This document shows, one piece after another, positions 1 to 23,041 of a DNA stretch of 64,000 nt. Every line of letters starts with the position of its first letter. Position 1 is the first letter of the stretch. The stretch lies in contig OZ365113.1 in the NCBI GenBank assembly GCA_977030845.1, forward strand, positions 18,290,001 to 18,354,000. Reading direction: 5' to 3'. Below the pieces are notes generated by a model. That model was given only the letters and a program-made list of their open reading frames with translations. It was not told where the DNA came from and ran no database searches. The translations under genes and the position numbers were made by a program. Source of the stretch: Fimbriosthenelais zetlandica (taxonomy: Eukaryota).

Positions 1-96
1 TTATCATCCATGATTTCAGTCTTGTCAGTATCTATGAAAAATGTGTCACGTGTGTTAGAAATCTTCAAATAATATATTATTTCTTTCTTTTTTCAG

Positions 97-9694
<9,598 letters not shown>

Positions 9695-12673
9695 TAAAAG
9701 CAGAGGTGAGGAAGCTGCTGTGCTGCCTCCTCCTACTCCTCCTCCCTCCTTCCTTTTCCTCCTAGAAAAAAAAACTCATCTCAGCTTCGAGTATAAAAAT
9801 TTAGAAAAAAAATACATGGACTTCTTGTGATACCATAAAAAGGTTATTTTTCTCTCTTCCTGGGGAGAGAGAAAACCACGATATCATGTGATGAGCATGT
9901 GATGTAAATTGTAAAGTGTGCGTGTTGTTGATATATGTGTGGTTCTACTAGTGATTGTATGTCTGTGAATTTTGATTGCTGATTGTAGCGAACGAGTACG
10001 TTCCCATCAACACACATACATATAAATATGTATAAAGCTAAATCACTACACGTATATATAATATCCACATGTTATGTAATATATAATGGACATGACTAAG
10101 GCAGGCTATATTTGTTCACGGACTTGTACTGGTTGGGAGTTGCTGATTGACTTCTCCATGTGGTCAACGACCTTCCTCCTGGGCATGCCAGTCAATAGGA
10201 TATCCTTAACCCATGGACAGTAACATAACTAAGGTTGGCATGGAGTATGTTGCCGTCTGCATCTGTCGTCAAGTGATGTATTCGTGTCTGAATGTATGTC
10301 CATCACTGGAATATACTTGATGCCCGGTGCGTGTCGGCAGTTTAACCAGTCATCCACTTCCTATTGATTATGTCTAGAATCCACCCATCATACGTACCCC
10401 TCGTGTCATGGCTATCCGTCAATCCAATTTTTTTTTTAGATTCAAAGGGAAAATGAAAACACAACATCAGGTTCTGCATTCCATTTGCGTTATGACCAAA
10501 GACTCTGGGCATTCTTGTTCACAGAACCGCACTACAAGACTGCCACTGACTGATTTCCCTGAATAACCACACATGTTTCTCAATAAGCTAGTGGATGTCA
10601 TATCTCTGTTTGCAAACAATATTTTACTTATAATGGGCGAATATGTCTATAGTGCCAAGATATATGGGGTTACTAACCTCCGTATATATAAATCATAGTT
10701 GAATGTGGCAGTTAAATTTGTCATTATTTAACCTCAGATTTTGTACGGAAAAATTAAAAAAAATAAGATACCCATCACTTGGTCATGGATGAAATGTTAG
10801 AGGATACTGTTGACTGTGGCCCAGGAATATTACCGGTACTTGTTAGCTTGATGGTTATACTTGAATTATGTGTTCATATGTTGGTCTCAAAGGCTCAGTA
10901 AGTCAATATTTTCTGTTGTATTTTTTTCTCTCATGATGCTGCCATAGTTCGCACTAAATCAGCCTGGAAGGTATTTGCATGAATGGCATGGAATAAATTA
11001 ATTGCAGGGTAAGCTTGAACAATTTTAGAACAAAAAGATTTCGGATTTGGGCATTTTAGAAATTGAAAAGAATCATTTCAAAATTTGATCACGGCTTGAT
11101 TCTGAACAAGTTTTGGTTCATGAAAAAATTATGTCTAACAAAACCCCCACCGAAAAAGAAAAGGTTTTACGGGGAAAATTTCGACTACTTTTAGTTTAGG
11201 CATTAAGTGTCTGTCAAAAAAGAAAATATTTCATTGGTCTTTTAACGACAATTATTTGGGATCGGGGTACAAACAAATGTATTTCACTAGCATTTTACAA
11301 TTGTCTCTCACAATAGGTCCGTTTCCTTTGTTCAAAATTTGATTGCGCCACTTTCCGTGTATTAATCCTACATTTGTTCTGCTCTGGCAATTAACACGAT
11401 ATTATTAAAAAATTATTGTTTTGTAAATATCATTACCCGTTTGCGGGGAAATAATGTCTAGCGATATGGACTGTATTATACATATAACTGTCTGACGGGT
11501 GCTAAGCTGTACTGTATATTGTACCAAGTACATATATATACATGCCGTGGGACTTACCAGTGGTTTGTTTGCTATGAGGGTGAATGTGTGCGTGTGTTGG
11601 TGTGCGTGAGCATCACTTCTTTCTAGTTCTAAGTTTGTATTGGATCCTAACAACATAAAACTAAAATAGAATCGCCCATTTAACATAAGACTAGGAGCAC
11701 GACTATAACCCGTCGATGTATAGACACAGAAATAGATCTCATACTTCTAGGTTATAAATCCACGGTTTAAGCAATCACATAATATGTTCGTTGTGGAAAA
11801 CGTTTGCCGCACTGCAAAGTCTGTACCCAATGGCTGGATTCTGGGACACTTAGCATGAGAGGCACGTGAGACTAATGCGAGAACACGGATGTCAAAAAGA
11901 TGTAATTTTGGTTCCAGAAGTATTGGAGGAAATCCACCAAATACTAGACAAAAAGACCTGGTTTGAAAAGTATTATGTAACATCTAGAAAAGTTGTTAGA
12001 GGTATTGTTAATGTACCGCGACAATTACGTTAGTACATAATTGTTGGGGAACTGACAAGGATGACAGGGAATATTACTAGTCCTCCCCGAGTGACTAGGG
12101 ATCCAATCTACCCCAGACATCCACTTATAATATTACATCTGATCAAGTACTGATCAAGTACAAAATTGTTTTTACCCTAAAAATTTTGACTGCAACCCTA
12201 TTTGAACAGCCGACCTGTTTGTGGTGGGATATTACAGCTGACACCCCTCTCTCTCTCTGGCTGAAAATGTCCAGCTGACGATAATTATTGGCCATGGATT
12301 CGACCCTTCAGTTGGTCTTTATTCTATTAATTTGCGTAGAGAGAGGGCTTTGTGGATGCAGAAAAAATTACTTTTATTTGCTATGGATGGATCGTCCGTA
12401 TATGCCTTAGGTCGTGGTGTAGATGAGAGATTCAAATCGGCATTATAACATGATTGCTATTCAGGAGTGCCTCATGCGCCTCTCAGTGAAATGTCTATTG
12501 CGGTGTGTTTTCCATAATGGAGTCTTGATTATAGGCAATTGATTTAGTTGAGAATGAAATCCTTTAAGAAATGTTTTTGATTATTCTATATTAAATCAGA
12601 ATTCTTTCTGGTTCTTGCGATGTATTGATTTACCAATATCGGTGATCTGAGAGAAACAAAATGTATCATATCG

Positions 12674-12747
12674 TTCATTCATTCATTCAATCATTCATTC
12701 ATTCATTCGTTCATTCGTACATTCATTCATTTAGTTATTCATTCATT
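12674..12747. repeat. (CATT)n microsatellite, imperfect
   Basis: Direct reading: ttcattcattcattcaatcattcattcattcattcgttcattcgtacattcattcatttagttattcattcatt. Confidence 0.9.
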
Positions 12748-15700
12748 ACTTTCATATACACCATGCACTCACTCATACCAGGTATTATTCACTAGCACCT
12801 AGTAGACCTATTTAGATGTCAAGAATTTGAGAAAAAAAAGTACAAAATGAGCAAAAAATAGAGAAAAAGTTGGTTTGGTTTTGATATGTTGATATGTTTG
12901 TTGCGGATTAATTATGGTCTGTCGTGAGAGCGGCAAGGGTTGGAATAGAGGGTTACATCTCTGTTCAAGTGTATATTTGATCTGTTAAAAGTTGTTTTAA
13001 AAAGATATGTCAGAAATAAATTGTGAATGCTACCATGGGGCAAGAAAATATCTAACTGTATTAATTCAAATTTCACCATTTTTAGTTAATTCTGTGTTTA
13101 TGTAAATAGAAATAATGCGCCATGATAAGGTAGTGATGTTAATTATATATTCTTTTCATGTAATAGCTGGGTTTCCAAAGTCCCACTTGCGTGTAAAGAA
13201 TACATTCGGTCAAAAATAGCTTGTGAAGAACGGCTGTATTTATAACCTTTGTAATTTCCCCAGAATTGTCGCTATGCAACCACCATGAAATAATAGATGG
13301 AAAACCCCGTGCTAAATACGAGGTGGGTTTAAACAACCTTTGAGGGGTCATGTAACCTTTTTTTATATTTCCATTCTTAAGTAAAATTTACTGGTTTGTC
13401 CTTTTTTTTAAAATATGGAATTCTTTTTCAATATTCTGTCGCTTGTATATGCTGAAATCTATTACCATAGGGGAAATATTCCACATTTCGCTAGAACATG
13501 TATTGAAGTTAGTTTCATTACATTCTTTAATTGATATCAATCTGTATGTCATTTTTACCGTGAAAATCTCTGTTTTACCCGTTAGATTTTATGTCAAATC
13601 GATTATTTTTAAAGCAATTTCTTAATTCTTTACTTACCAATGAGAGCATTCTGAACTGAAAATGCCTATTTTCGTTGTCTGTTGCAGCCAGAATTTATTT
13701 GAGATTAGATGATTTATTTTGAGTATAATCAAGACCAAAAACGATATTAGCATATATAGGAACAAATGTTTTCATGGTATAAATGGGTTGATACGATGCG
13801 TCTTTCGCTTTAATTTACAGTGTGATATATAATGGAGGCCTTTAGGTTTGACTGTATCTTCACCAATACATTGTACACAGATGCAGACTATTCTTTTCCC
13901 GCTGTTAATCCCTATATGAATGGTAATCATGCTCCACAGTAGATACCGCCTCCCCACTGTCCTCAAATTATAACAATGGCTTCCTTTTACCCTGACATTT
14001 TAGTACATATTCAAATGTTGTTTCCTGATAAGATGTGACAGGTAGGAACGTATGATTATGCAACTATTATCCATCTAAAAGTTGCATCAAGACTTCGTTT
14101 TGTGGATGTTAAGATGTATTCAGAATAATTTGAATATGTATTCAGAATAGTTTGAATATCAATTCTTGCAGTATCTGCTTACGATTGATGAAATGCTCGC
14201 GGTATCTGCTTTGGACGCTTAATATTTAAAGATGTTACTCCTTGTGTTGGAAATGTAACTTGCCTAGATATTATGTGTTAATAAATGATTCCTATCCCTA
14301 AGGGAGTAACGATGTTCAATACACTAGTCCTGATATGAGACAAGTTCCAGGGTTTGTTTGCACAACTGGCATTGTAATGTGAATAACAGTCAATATACAT
14401 TATACAATGAATGCATGTATGTGACTATACCGCTCTTGTCCTTCAAAGAAAAACGTGATAAATGCCTTTCTATAATATTTCAAAACATGGTTCCTTATGG
14501 TGCAAATCGTTAAGATATTCACAATGTAAATATATATTATATATTATGTAACGGCAGTATGTATATTTAATGTAGGGTTTCAAATCCTGTGGAAAGCAAT
14601 ACAGTGTTATATTTTTCACGTGGTCTTGGTTCCCAACAGAGCAAACGAAATGGCATTGTCCCATTTCAAGCTCACAGTCATTCTGGAGATGTCCCTATCG
14701 AGTTGTATTTCAATTTTCATCCATCTAAAAAATGAATAATCAAATTAATGAAAATGGAGATTGGAGAAATGGTGAGAAACTAACAGCTATGAATCCTGCC
14801 CGAGTACAAGGAAAGGAGTATTGATAATATATTCTCGAGTCATTTTCACATACTTATAGCTACATCTCTGTGCAATCTCATGGGGTATTACTCGTATTTG
14901 ATTGCCATGGGAACGGACTGTCACCCTATATATATATATACTCCAGCTGTATTGTAATATGGGACTGAGTAAGCATCTAGCGTGCGTGTGTTTGAATCCC
15001 TAATAAAAGGGTTTGTTTGTGTACATATATTATCTTGTTAAAACTATGTATACATATTATCTATACTTTCTGACCTGTCAAAGTTCGTTTCACAAACAGT
15101 GATTACAGACGTGGAACGTTTCATCGGTGTACAATGTGCTTGTCTTGAACAGTCTAGGTGTAATAATAACGATAGCGAAGCTGGTATTTGTAAAAGTAAA
15201 CCATTCTTTTTTGCGAAATCACTTGATTCAGAGATTTGCAGAGGGACAGAAATCTATGAAAATCACCTCCTGGTGCCATTTTCTTTTCCAGTCAGAATTA
15301 ATGAACATTAAGTATAAAGATGAAGTTAATTCGGTTCGGTATATTTATACAAACATTTGGTACAAATTCTTTTTACTTCGAAACGTAGGATTGTCATTCT
15401 TGTCTGCACACTTTTCGATTGGTGGGGACTTTAAGCGAAGAAACAGGCCAAGAGTTGTGCTTAGAACTCCCCCATTCGGGAGGGCTAATGAGTTAGTTTT
15501 CTGCCAAGTTGTGTCTGATCCAAGTGTATCATTCGAATGTGTGAAAAGAGACGAGGAATACCCGTTTGTCACCCATCTGTGACACTGTTGAATCATTTTC
15601 TATGGAATTTATGTATAAAATACATCATCGGCTATTCGAAAAAGAAAAAAAAATGTAGATTTGACTTTTAAGAAATAAATTTTTTTTCAAAAACGCAAAT

Positions 15701-15902
15701 TATAGTTTTGTATAGATTCAATTGAGGGTTGAGTGGGGATCATGGGATGGTATCGTGGGGACGAGGGAATGAGTGAGAATGTGAGGGAGGTAGCGCAACT
15801 TTTAACAAATTTATTACGCTTGAACATAAAATGTGTACCTGGCAATTCATTCGATCATTCACTGTTGGATTTTGTTTAATTCAATTCATTGGCTCTGTTA
15901 GT

Positions 15903-18900
15903 TTAGTAACTTTTCTTTATTTCGTGAGGGAAGAATATTTTAGCAAGTTCCTTCTTGTTCACTTTGCCTAAGGCATTTTTCGGCATGTCGTCTATGATTT
16001 TCAGCACTGAAGGCACCTTATAGGAGGGGAGGACAGACGAAGCCCATGATTTGAACTCTGCCAGTGTGAGCGTTTCCCCGTCTCTTAAAACGACCAAGGC
16101 TGTCACTTTTTGTCCCCAGGTGAGATCTGGTAAACCAACCACAGCCACATCCACAATGCTTTGATGACTCAATAGATGGTGCTCTATTTCAAGAGCACTA
16201 ATTTTGTAACCACCACTTTTGAGGATGTCCACTGATGTCCGACCTAAGATCCTGTATGAACCGTCTTTATACACGGCAGTGTCACCTACAAAACAGTTAT
16301 TTAAAGGGCTTCTTGAGTAATTGACTACAATTTCACATTAAAGGTAGGGCTAATATCGCAAATAATAGTTTGCGATTGTTGACTATACTGATCATCTAAT
16401 ATTATAATAGTCCATCTCAAATGTCTAAATAAAAATGTATTTGTCATAATTTCTAGGATTCAAACCGACCTGTTTTGAACCAGCCGTCTTTGGTAAATTC
16501 TTCTCGGGTGGCTTCAGGTCGGCCCCAGTAACCGGAGAACAATCCAGGTCCACGCACAAGCAGCTCTCCTTCTCCCTCACAACCTGGTGCAAAAAGTATG
16601 GACATTTATCTCGCATTTTGAGAATAGCAAATAAAGGATCTCATGTAAGATTACACATACCAATATCATTTTCAGAGAAATATCTTTTACAAACAGAAAA
16701 TCTTAATATAAAAGATAGTGCATACATGTATTCTTAATCTACGTAAATGCAGAATGCAAATACTTAAATTCATTACCAGGGGTAACCTTGGTTGACTTGT
16801 GATCCCCTCTAGCGATGATATCATAGCCTTGGACAGAATACACGTTTGGTTTAGAGATGCAAACTTCAGTTCCAGGGAAAGGCGTGCCCACAGCACCTAG
16901 GAAGGAAATTTAAATCATATTTATGTCACTTTTATTTACCTTTGAGAACAAAATTCTCTTCCTATACTCTCTGGTCTGGCAAGGATTATTTTACCTGGAG
17001 TGCGAACACCTTTGAGTGGGTTGGTGAGAGCCATGCCTATCTCTGTCATGCCATATCGCTCTAGTAAACGGTGTCCAGTGATCTGCTCCCAGCGATTGAG
17101 GACCGGCTCAGGCAGGGCTGCTGAACCACTTACCATTAACCTGAGTGAGGTCATAACAAAATATTGGAAATAGTGATTTCATAAGTGAAAATTAAAATTA
17201 TTTAATAAGTTTCAATTTATATAGTAATAAGTAATACTGGTTAAGTAAATAAGGAATGAAAGAAAGGATAAATATAACCTCAATGTACATGAGTAGTGGT
17301 ACCTGATCTTGGTTGAGCAGGTAGCTTTTATGTAGTCTCTAGCTCGTTTAGTACCCCGACCGCGGCCAAATCGCTGGTCATATCGTTCAATGAGCTTGGC
17401 ATAGATTGTCGGTACAGCCATGTATACATTGATCCTCCTGGGGATATCAGGTGTGGAGGGTCCAAGCAGATGGGACCAGACCTGTGGTAGACACGATTTT
17501 CTTTGATACAGAAAAGTTCAAATCACGATACCTTATTTTCTGGTACATGTTATTATACAATTTACGGTACTCACTTCTACAGACTGATGGCTTTAAGGTA
17601 TGGCTTTTAAAAAGTATTCAATAAATATTTCTATATATTTTATATTAAACCACAGACTGATCTAAGATACCTTATCAGCATCAAACTTGGGCAGCATGAC
17701 ACAGGTAGCGCCTACATGAAGTGGCACCATGAGTAGATTGACGATACCATGGACGTGGTGGAGAGGTAGACTATGTAAGACCACATCATTAGACTTCCAG
17801 GCCCAACACTTGGTCATCCCAGCCACATGTACACCCAAACTGCCATGTGTATGGACAACACCCTGCCTCAAACATAAAACATTAATTAATACAATAATAC
17901 CTCACTCGAAAAATCCATTAATAATAAAATTATCCATAGGGTAATCATTTCACCTTTGGACGGCCTGTTGTCCCGCTGGTATATATAATGAGAGCAGATT
18001 TTCTCTTATATCTGCTCGCCTCTAATATCTGTTGATGGCGATTCTCTCGTTGACATCTCCTCTCTAATACTGCATTAAGTTCTGCTTCATCAATTAAGAT
18101 GTCATCTGAAAGACAAAGATCTTGAAATTACAAATTTGGTATTTTCCTACAGGATAAAGGTTATATTGAAAGAGACATATATGTAATTTATATTACCATA
18201 TTATATAATATTACATAGTGAGTCTAGATTAGTATTAAGATAGATGAATTCATGACTAACCTCCTTCAGACGTGTAGTCCTCTTTTCGGAGAACGAGTAA
18301 AGTAATGTCCAACTTCTTAACAATTTCTTCAACTTTTTCCGCAAGTTCTTCTGTCGTTATCACAAGCTTGCTCCCAGAATCAGAAATGACATATTCCAGT
18401 TCAGATGGTGGGTGGGTGGCACAGAGGGGGACAGCGATTCCATCACACATCCATGTGGCCCACTCACTTACCACATGTGAACCATTGTTAGGACAGAGAA
18501 AAGCCACTCTCTCTCCATTCAGTTCATCAGATCCAAACGCCTCAGTAATTTTGTCACACAAATTATGGGCTATCACTGACAGGTCCCGGTAAGTGTAAGC
18601 TTGGTGTTCATCGACTAGAGCCACCCTGTCGGGGAATTCTTTGGCCCGGAGAAAGACTGGGGTGAGGTGAGTTGGACTGCTCTTGATCTGGTACCAATGT
18701 GTAACCATTGACCGGGTGAAGAGATGTCCTAATATATTTGGCATCTTTTGGCAAGTAGGCCTAGGCCTAATGGTGTCAGTGATGTGAGAAGACAGATAAC
18801 GGCGTCTCAGATGAAGAACATTAACATGTCTACTTCTGGATGCTTTCATGGTGGAATTTCCTGAGTAACATCTTCCTAGGTGGAAATATGGCGTGCACAC

Positions 18901-18915
18901 TTTCCATGAAAACAT
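15903..18915 (-). CDS. ACSF3: Malonate-CoA ligase ACSF3 (mitochondrial acyl-CoA synthetase family member 3)
   Basis: Minus-strand exons give an N-terminal presequence-like region, then [105 protein letters not shown] and [12 protein letters not shown], all hallmark ACSF3 motifs. A non-coding first exon probably ends at a GTGAGT donor near 19216. Confidence 0.96.
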
Positions 18916-20654
18916 ATTTGCATTAATCCTAAAAAGAGATAAAAAAAAAAATTTAAAAAAAATCAGGTTACACGTAGTATAAGCCTATTACCGGTAATTT
19001 ATTACCGTAATTTATCCTACTACTAGGCCTTTAATATAGCCTACTTAGGACTTTAGGTCTTATAACAGGCCTATAGGCCTTATATTAACTCTAGGTTGGC
19101 TGGCTATAATCCACTATTAAAATCTGTCTGGAATCTTGATCATGTTAATTGTTATGACTATGAGTCAGGTTAGTTTAACTTTTCTATTCTTCTCATAAAA
19201 TCATACTCATACTCACAAATAAAAACAAGCGCGGATCCCTATTGTCCACAATATAGGACATGTAGATACCGGCATGTACTTTATCTGTCGATCTTAGCAA
19301 ACTGTGTGGGCCTACATGTGCGCCATGTTGATTTGAATGACCTTGACCTTAAACATAAACAACAACTAGGCCTACTATGTCTAGATGGCGTTAGTGTGCT
19401 CGAGGTGAACAGGCAGCGTTCGCCATGCGCTCGTCTAACATACAGCGTCCGCCATGCATTCCTGGACAGTCAAGAGCGCCCTGCATTCAAAGGCCAGCGC
19501 CCGGCATCTCGAGTGTAAAATAAAGGGCTGATTTTAAAAGATTATTGAAAATTTGTCTTCTCTGTCATTGTTTATAGGCCTACTATGCTATATTGACAAA
19601 TTCTAAGATAATCATTCAGACGTCAGACGTCAGTCCGAAAGATTTCTGGATGATTTTGGTGCTTTCCTGTAATGTAAAATGCTGAGCTATGCCCCAGTAC
19701 AGTCTGGTCAGGGATGGTCGATTTTCCATGGTCTGGCTATGATACAGTGCAGCCACCTAGTGTTTACCTTGTGCATCGAGAGTGAACTGAGCTCCGCCGC
19801 GCCTTTACCTCAGCGGTAAACCACCAGGTGCCAGCACTGTTTCTGTTTCAGACGGCGTTTTTAGATCTATTAAAGCACCCAGCCAGAATTGAAATCAGTT
19901 GGTAAATGTACATGGAAAATCTATTGCATACAAAAGAACTGAGCTACGCTGCCTGTAAACCTGTAAACGGCGAGAGAAATTAGAAGTGAGCGATAATAGG
20001 GGTTTTGGCAGATCCCATGCGACTACCCCACCACCGGCAAAAGCGGGAACTAATGTTCAATGCTAAGTGAATGCACAGACTATCCCCTCAGGGATCATTG
20101 TTTTGACTGTTGCCAGTAAAACTTTGTCTTATTTGTCAGTCTCAGTGAAATTTTGGCTCTGTCAGTAAAGTCGCCGTAAATGACTGTTTTCTTGAAATTG
20201 TCCGTAAAACTGGTTAAAAACAAATTTTAACATATTTTATCTAGTCAGAACTCGACATTTAGCCTACAATCTGACACTCCCATTTTGTTTTGCTATCACT
20301 TGGAAAATTCATTTGGTCAGACCACAGACTAATGGGGGGTTAGTATGTGATATAGCCTATATCCATGTGGCCCTAAACTAGCATAGGCCTACACTTTTTT
20401 TGTTAATTTCAGATAGGCCTATAGGCCTATGTTGTGGAAGCCTAGACAACCCCTAATTTATAATTATAAGTTTTTGTCAATTTAAGGTGAACTAGACAAT
20501 TTCAGGTCTTCAGGCGTCTGAGGCTAGGCAACTGCTGAATATTTGATAAAAGGGGCGGAAACCCTTTTTCATAGAGCATAGCTAGGTCTACCGTCAAGCA
20601 CTGAGCGATAGTTCACACTTATCAGCTCACTTCTGACTCCCGCCGGATGAATTG

Positions 20655-21064
20655 ATAGCTTAGTTGGTAGGGCGTTGGCTTTCCAGTTGGACGGTGTCTG
20701 GTTCGAGTCCCAGTCGTGGTAGTTCTTTTTCTTCCCGGTCAGGTGGGTTACAAAAGGGACGTAGATTGCACTGCCACCTGGTGTTTAGCCTACTTACAGT
20801 AGTTTCCCGCCAGATGACGCCACATTCTAGGGTCCAGGGTAAGTCCTCCGTGTTTCAGGCTTAGGATTACATAAAGCTTATGATGGGTGGGGTGCTTGCT
20901 TAGATAGTACCAGTCTTCATAGCTTAGTTGGTAGGGCCTTGGCTTTCCAGTGGGAAGGTGTGTGGTTCGAGTCCCAGTCGTGGTTGTTCTTTTTCTTCCC
21001 GGTCAGATGGGTTACAAAAGCCTATAGCTTAGTTGGTAGGGCGTTGACTTCCCTATTGGAAGGT
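20655..21064 (+). repeat. Type A tRNA-derived units: two 102-bp direct repeats (20655-20756, 20919-21020) and a 5' half copy (21024-21064)
   Basis: A box TAGCTTAGTTGG, B box GGTTCGAGTCC and tail TTCTTTTTCTTCCCGGTCAG(G/A)TGGGTTACAAAAG. The two full copies differ at about 6 positions and the anticodon stem does not pair. Confidence 0.8.
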
Positions 21065-21115
21065 CTTATGGGCGCCACCCAGCCAGCTCTACGTGGGATT
21101 ACATATAATACGTGA

Positions 21116-21188
21116 TCCGTCATAGCTCAGATGGTAGAGTGTTGGATTTCAAATCCAGGGGTTCTGTTTTCGAATCCCCTTTGGGAGA
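21116..21188 (+). pseudogene. tRNA-like cassette type B, copy 1, anticodon position TCA (21149-21151)
   Basis: A box TAGCTCAGATGG, D stem GCTC/GAGT, anticodon stem TTGGA/TCCAG with loop TTTCAAA, B-box-like TTCGAATCC and T-runs downstream. Acceptor and T stems are poorly paired. Confidence 0.7.
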
Positions 21189-21514
21189 ATGCTTTTTTGC
21201 TTTTGGCGCCTTATTCTGCAAACAAAAAGTAATCCGTCTCCAGTGCAGCCTCAAATCACCCACCATTCCCTAAAGAATTTTTATTAATGATTATCAAGTC
21301 CAAAAACTGGTTTTCCGACTATTTATTCCCCATAATTTAATAAACGTTTTGCCTCGGCAGCAGATGCAGCGCCACCAGAAGCCTCGGAAGCAGATGCAAA
21401 GGCAGCAGATGGAGGAGCAGCAGATGGAATGGCAGCAGATGGCAAAGCAGCAGATGGCAATGGGCGCCACTCAGCCAGTTTTAGCTTGTATAGGGAAACG
21501 GTTCCAGTATATAA

Positions 21515-21586
21515 GCCTTGATAGCTCAGATGGTAGGCTCTTGGCTTTGAAAGCCAAAGGTCCTGGGATCGAACCCCCTCTGGATC
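21515..21586 (+). pseudogene. tRNA-like cassette type C, copy 1, anticodon position TGA (21548-21550)
   Basis: TAGCTCAGATGG, perfect anticodon stem TTGGC/GCCAA with loop TTTGAAA, AAGGTCC variable region and GATCGAACC B-box variant. Acceptor stem is degenerate. Confidence 0.7.
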
Positions 21587-21992
21587 TATGTTTTCTCTTT
21601 TAAGCTTTTTGTTGCTGACTAACAATGATCGACTGCACAATCGGATTTTTCTGGCTGTTCCTCATCACTTAACCCATTTTTTAGCTTCCCTTCTTGAGAG
21701 ATCTCCAAACATTTAGCTTGTGGTAGGCCTACTTTAACAAGATCAAAATATTTCATAATTATAGGCCCTACAATAAGAGGGAAACATTTGGTGGTCCATG
21801 ACCTAAAAGGCTGCCACCTTCTGCTTGAGACATGAAGTAAAATCTCCCCACAATTAATTTCAATTAAAAGAAGGCAGATGACAGCACTAGAGTGGGGTTT
21901 CATCGCTTAATCCTCGGATGCCACATTCGCCAGCCAGACTGCAATAACGGGGGTAACAGAACTGGTTGTAGTTGATAGCCTAGTCCATGTGA

Positions 21993-22065
21993 TCCATCAT
22001 AGCTCAAATGGTAGAGTGTTGGATTTCAAATCCAGGGGTTCCGTTTTCGAATCCCCTTTGGGAGA
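21993..22065 (+). pseudogene. tRNA-like cassette type B, copy 2, anticodon position TCA (22026-22028)
   Basis: Near-identical to the copy at 21116. Confidence 0.7.
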
Positions 22066-22395
22066 ATGCTTTTTTGCTTTTGGCGCCTTATTCTGCAAAC
22101 AAAAAGTAATCCGTCTCCAGTGCAGCCTCAAATCACCCACCATTCCCTAAAGAATTTTTATTAATGATTATCAAGTCCAAAAACTGGTTTTCCGACTATT
22201 TATTCCCCATAATTTAATAAAAGTTTTGCCTCGGCAGCAGATGCAGCGCCACCAGAAGCCTCGGAAGCAGATGCAAAGGCAGCAGATGGAGTCCTGAGCA
22301 GCAGATGGAATGGCAGCAGATGGCAAAGCAGCAGATGGCAATGGGCGCCACTCAGCCAGTTTTAGCTTGTATAGTGAAACGGTTCCAGTATATAA

Positions 22396-22467
22396 GCCTT
22401 GCTAGCTCAGATGGTAGGCTCTTGGCTTTAAAAGCCAAAGGTCCTGAGATCGAACCCCCTCTAGATC
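22396..22467 (+). pseudogene. tRNA-like cassette type C, copy 2, anticodon position TAA (22429-22431)
   Basis: Same as the 21515 copy but the loop is TTTAAAA. Confidence 0.7.
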
Positions 22468-22585
22468 TAGGCCTATGTTTTCTCTTTTAAGCTTTTTGTT
22501 GCTGACTAACAATGGCAAAGCAGCAGATGGCAATGGGCGCCACTTTTAGCGTTTAGCTCTACGTGGGATTACTTATAATACGTGA

Positions 22586-22658
22586 TCCGTCATAGCTCAG
22601 ATGGTAGAGTGTTGGATTTCAAATCCAGGAGTTCTGTTTTCGAATCCCCTTTGGGAGA
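22586..22658 (+). pseudogene. tRNA-like cassette type B, copy 3, anticodon position TCA (22619-22621)
   Basis: Near-identical to the copy at 21116. Confidence 0.7.
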
Positions 22659-22969
22659 ATGCTTTTTTGCTTTTGGCGCCTTATTCTGCAAACAAAAAGT
22701 AATCCGTCTCCAGTGCAGCCTCAAATCACCCACCATTCCCTAAAGAATTTTTATTAATGATTATCAAGTCCAAAAACTGGTTTTCCGACTATATATTCCC
22801 CATAATTTAATAAACGTTTTGCCTCGGCAGCAGATGCAGCGCCACCAGAAGCCTCGGAAGCAGATGCAAAGGCAGCAGATGGAGGAGCAGCAGATGGCAA
22901 AGCAGCAGATGGCAATGGGCGCCACTCAGCCAGTTTTAGCTTGTATAGGGAAACGGTTCCGGTATATAA

Positions 22970-23041
22970 GCCTTGATAGCTCAGATGGTAGGCTCTTGGC
23001 TTTGAAAGCCAAAGGTCCTGGGATCGAACCCCCTCTGGATC
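22970..23041 (+). pseudogene. tRNA-like cassette type C, copy 3, anticodon position TGA (23003-23005)
   Basis: Essentially identical to the 21515 copy. Confidence 0.7.

Noticed and set aside
17660-17671. Possible U12 donor GTATCTTA in ACSF3
   Set aside because: It deviates from GTATCCTT and no TCCTTAAC-type branch site lies near the acceptor.
21116-22658. Selenocysteine tRNA genes
   Set aside because: No long variable arm and no extended acceptor/T stems; the acceptor stem barely pairs.
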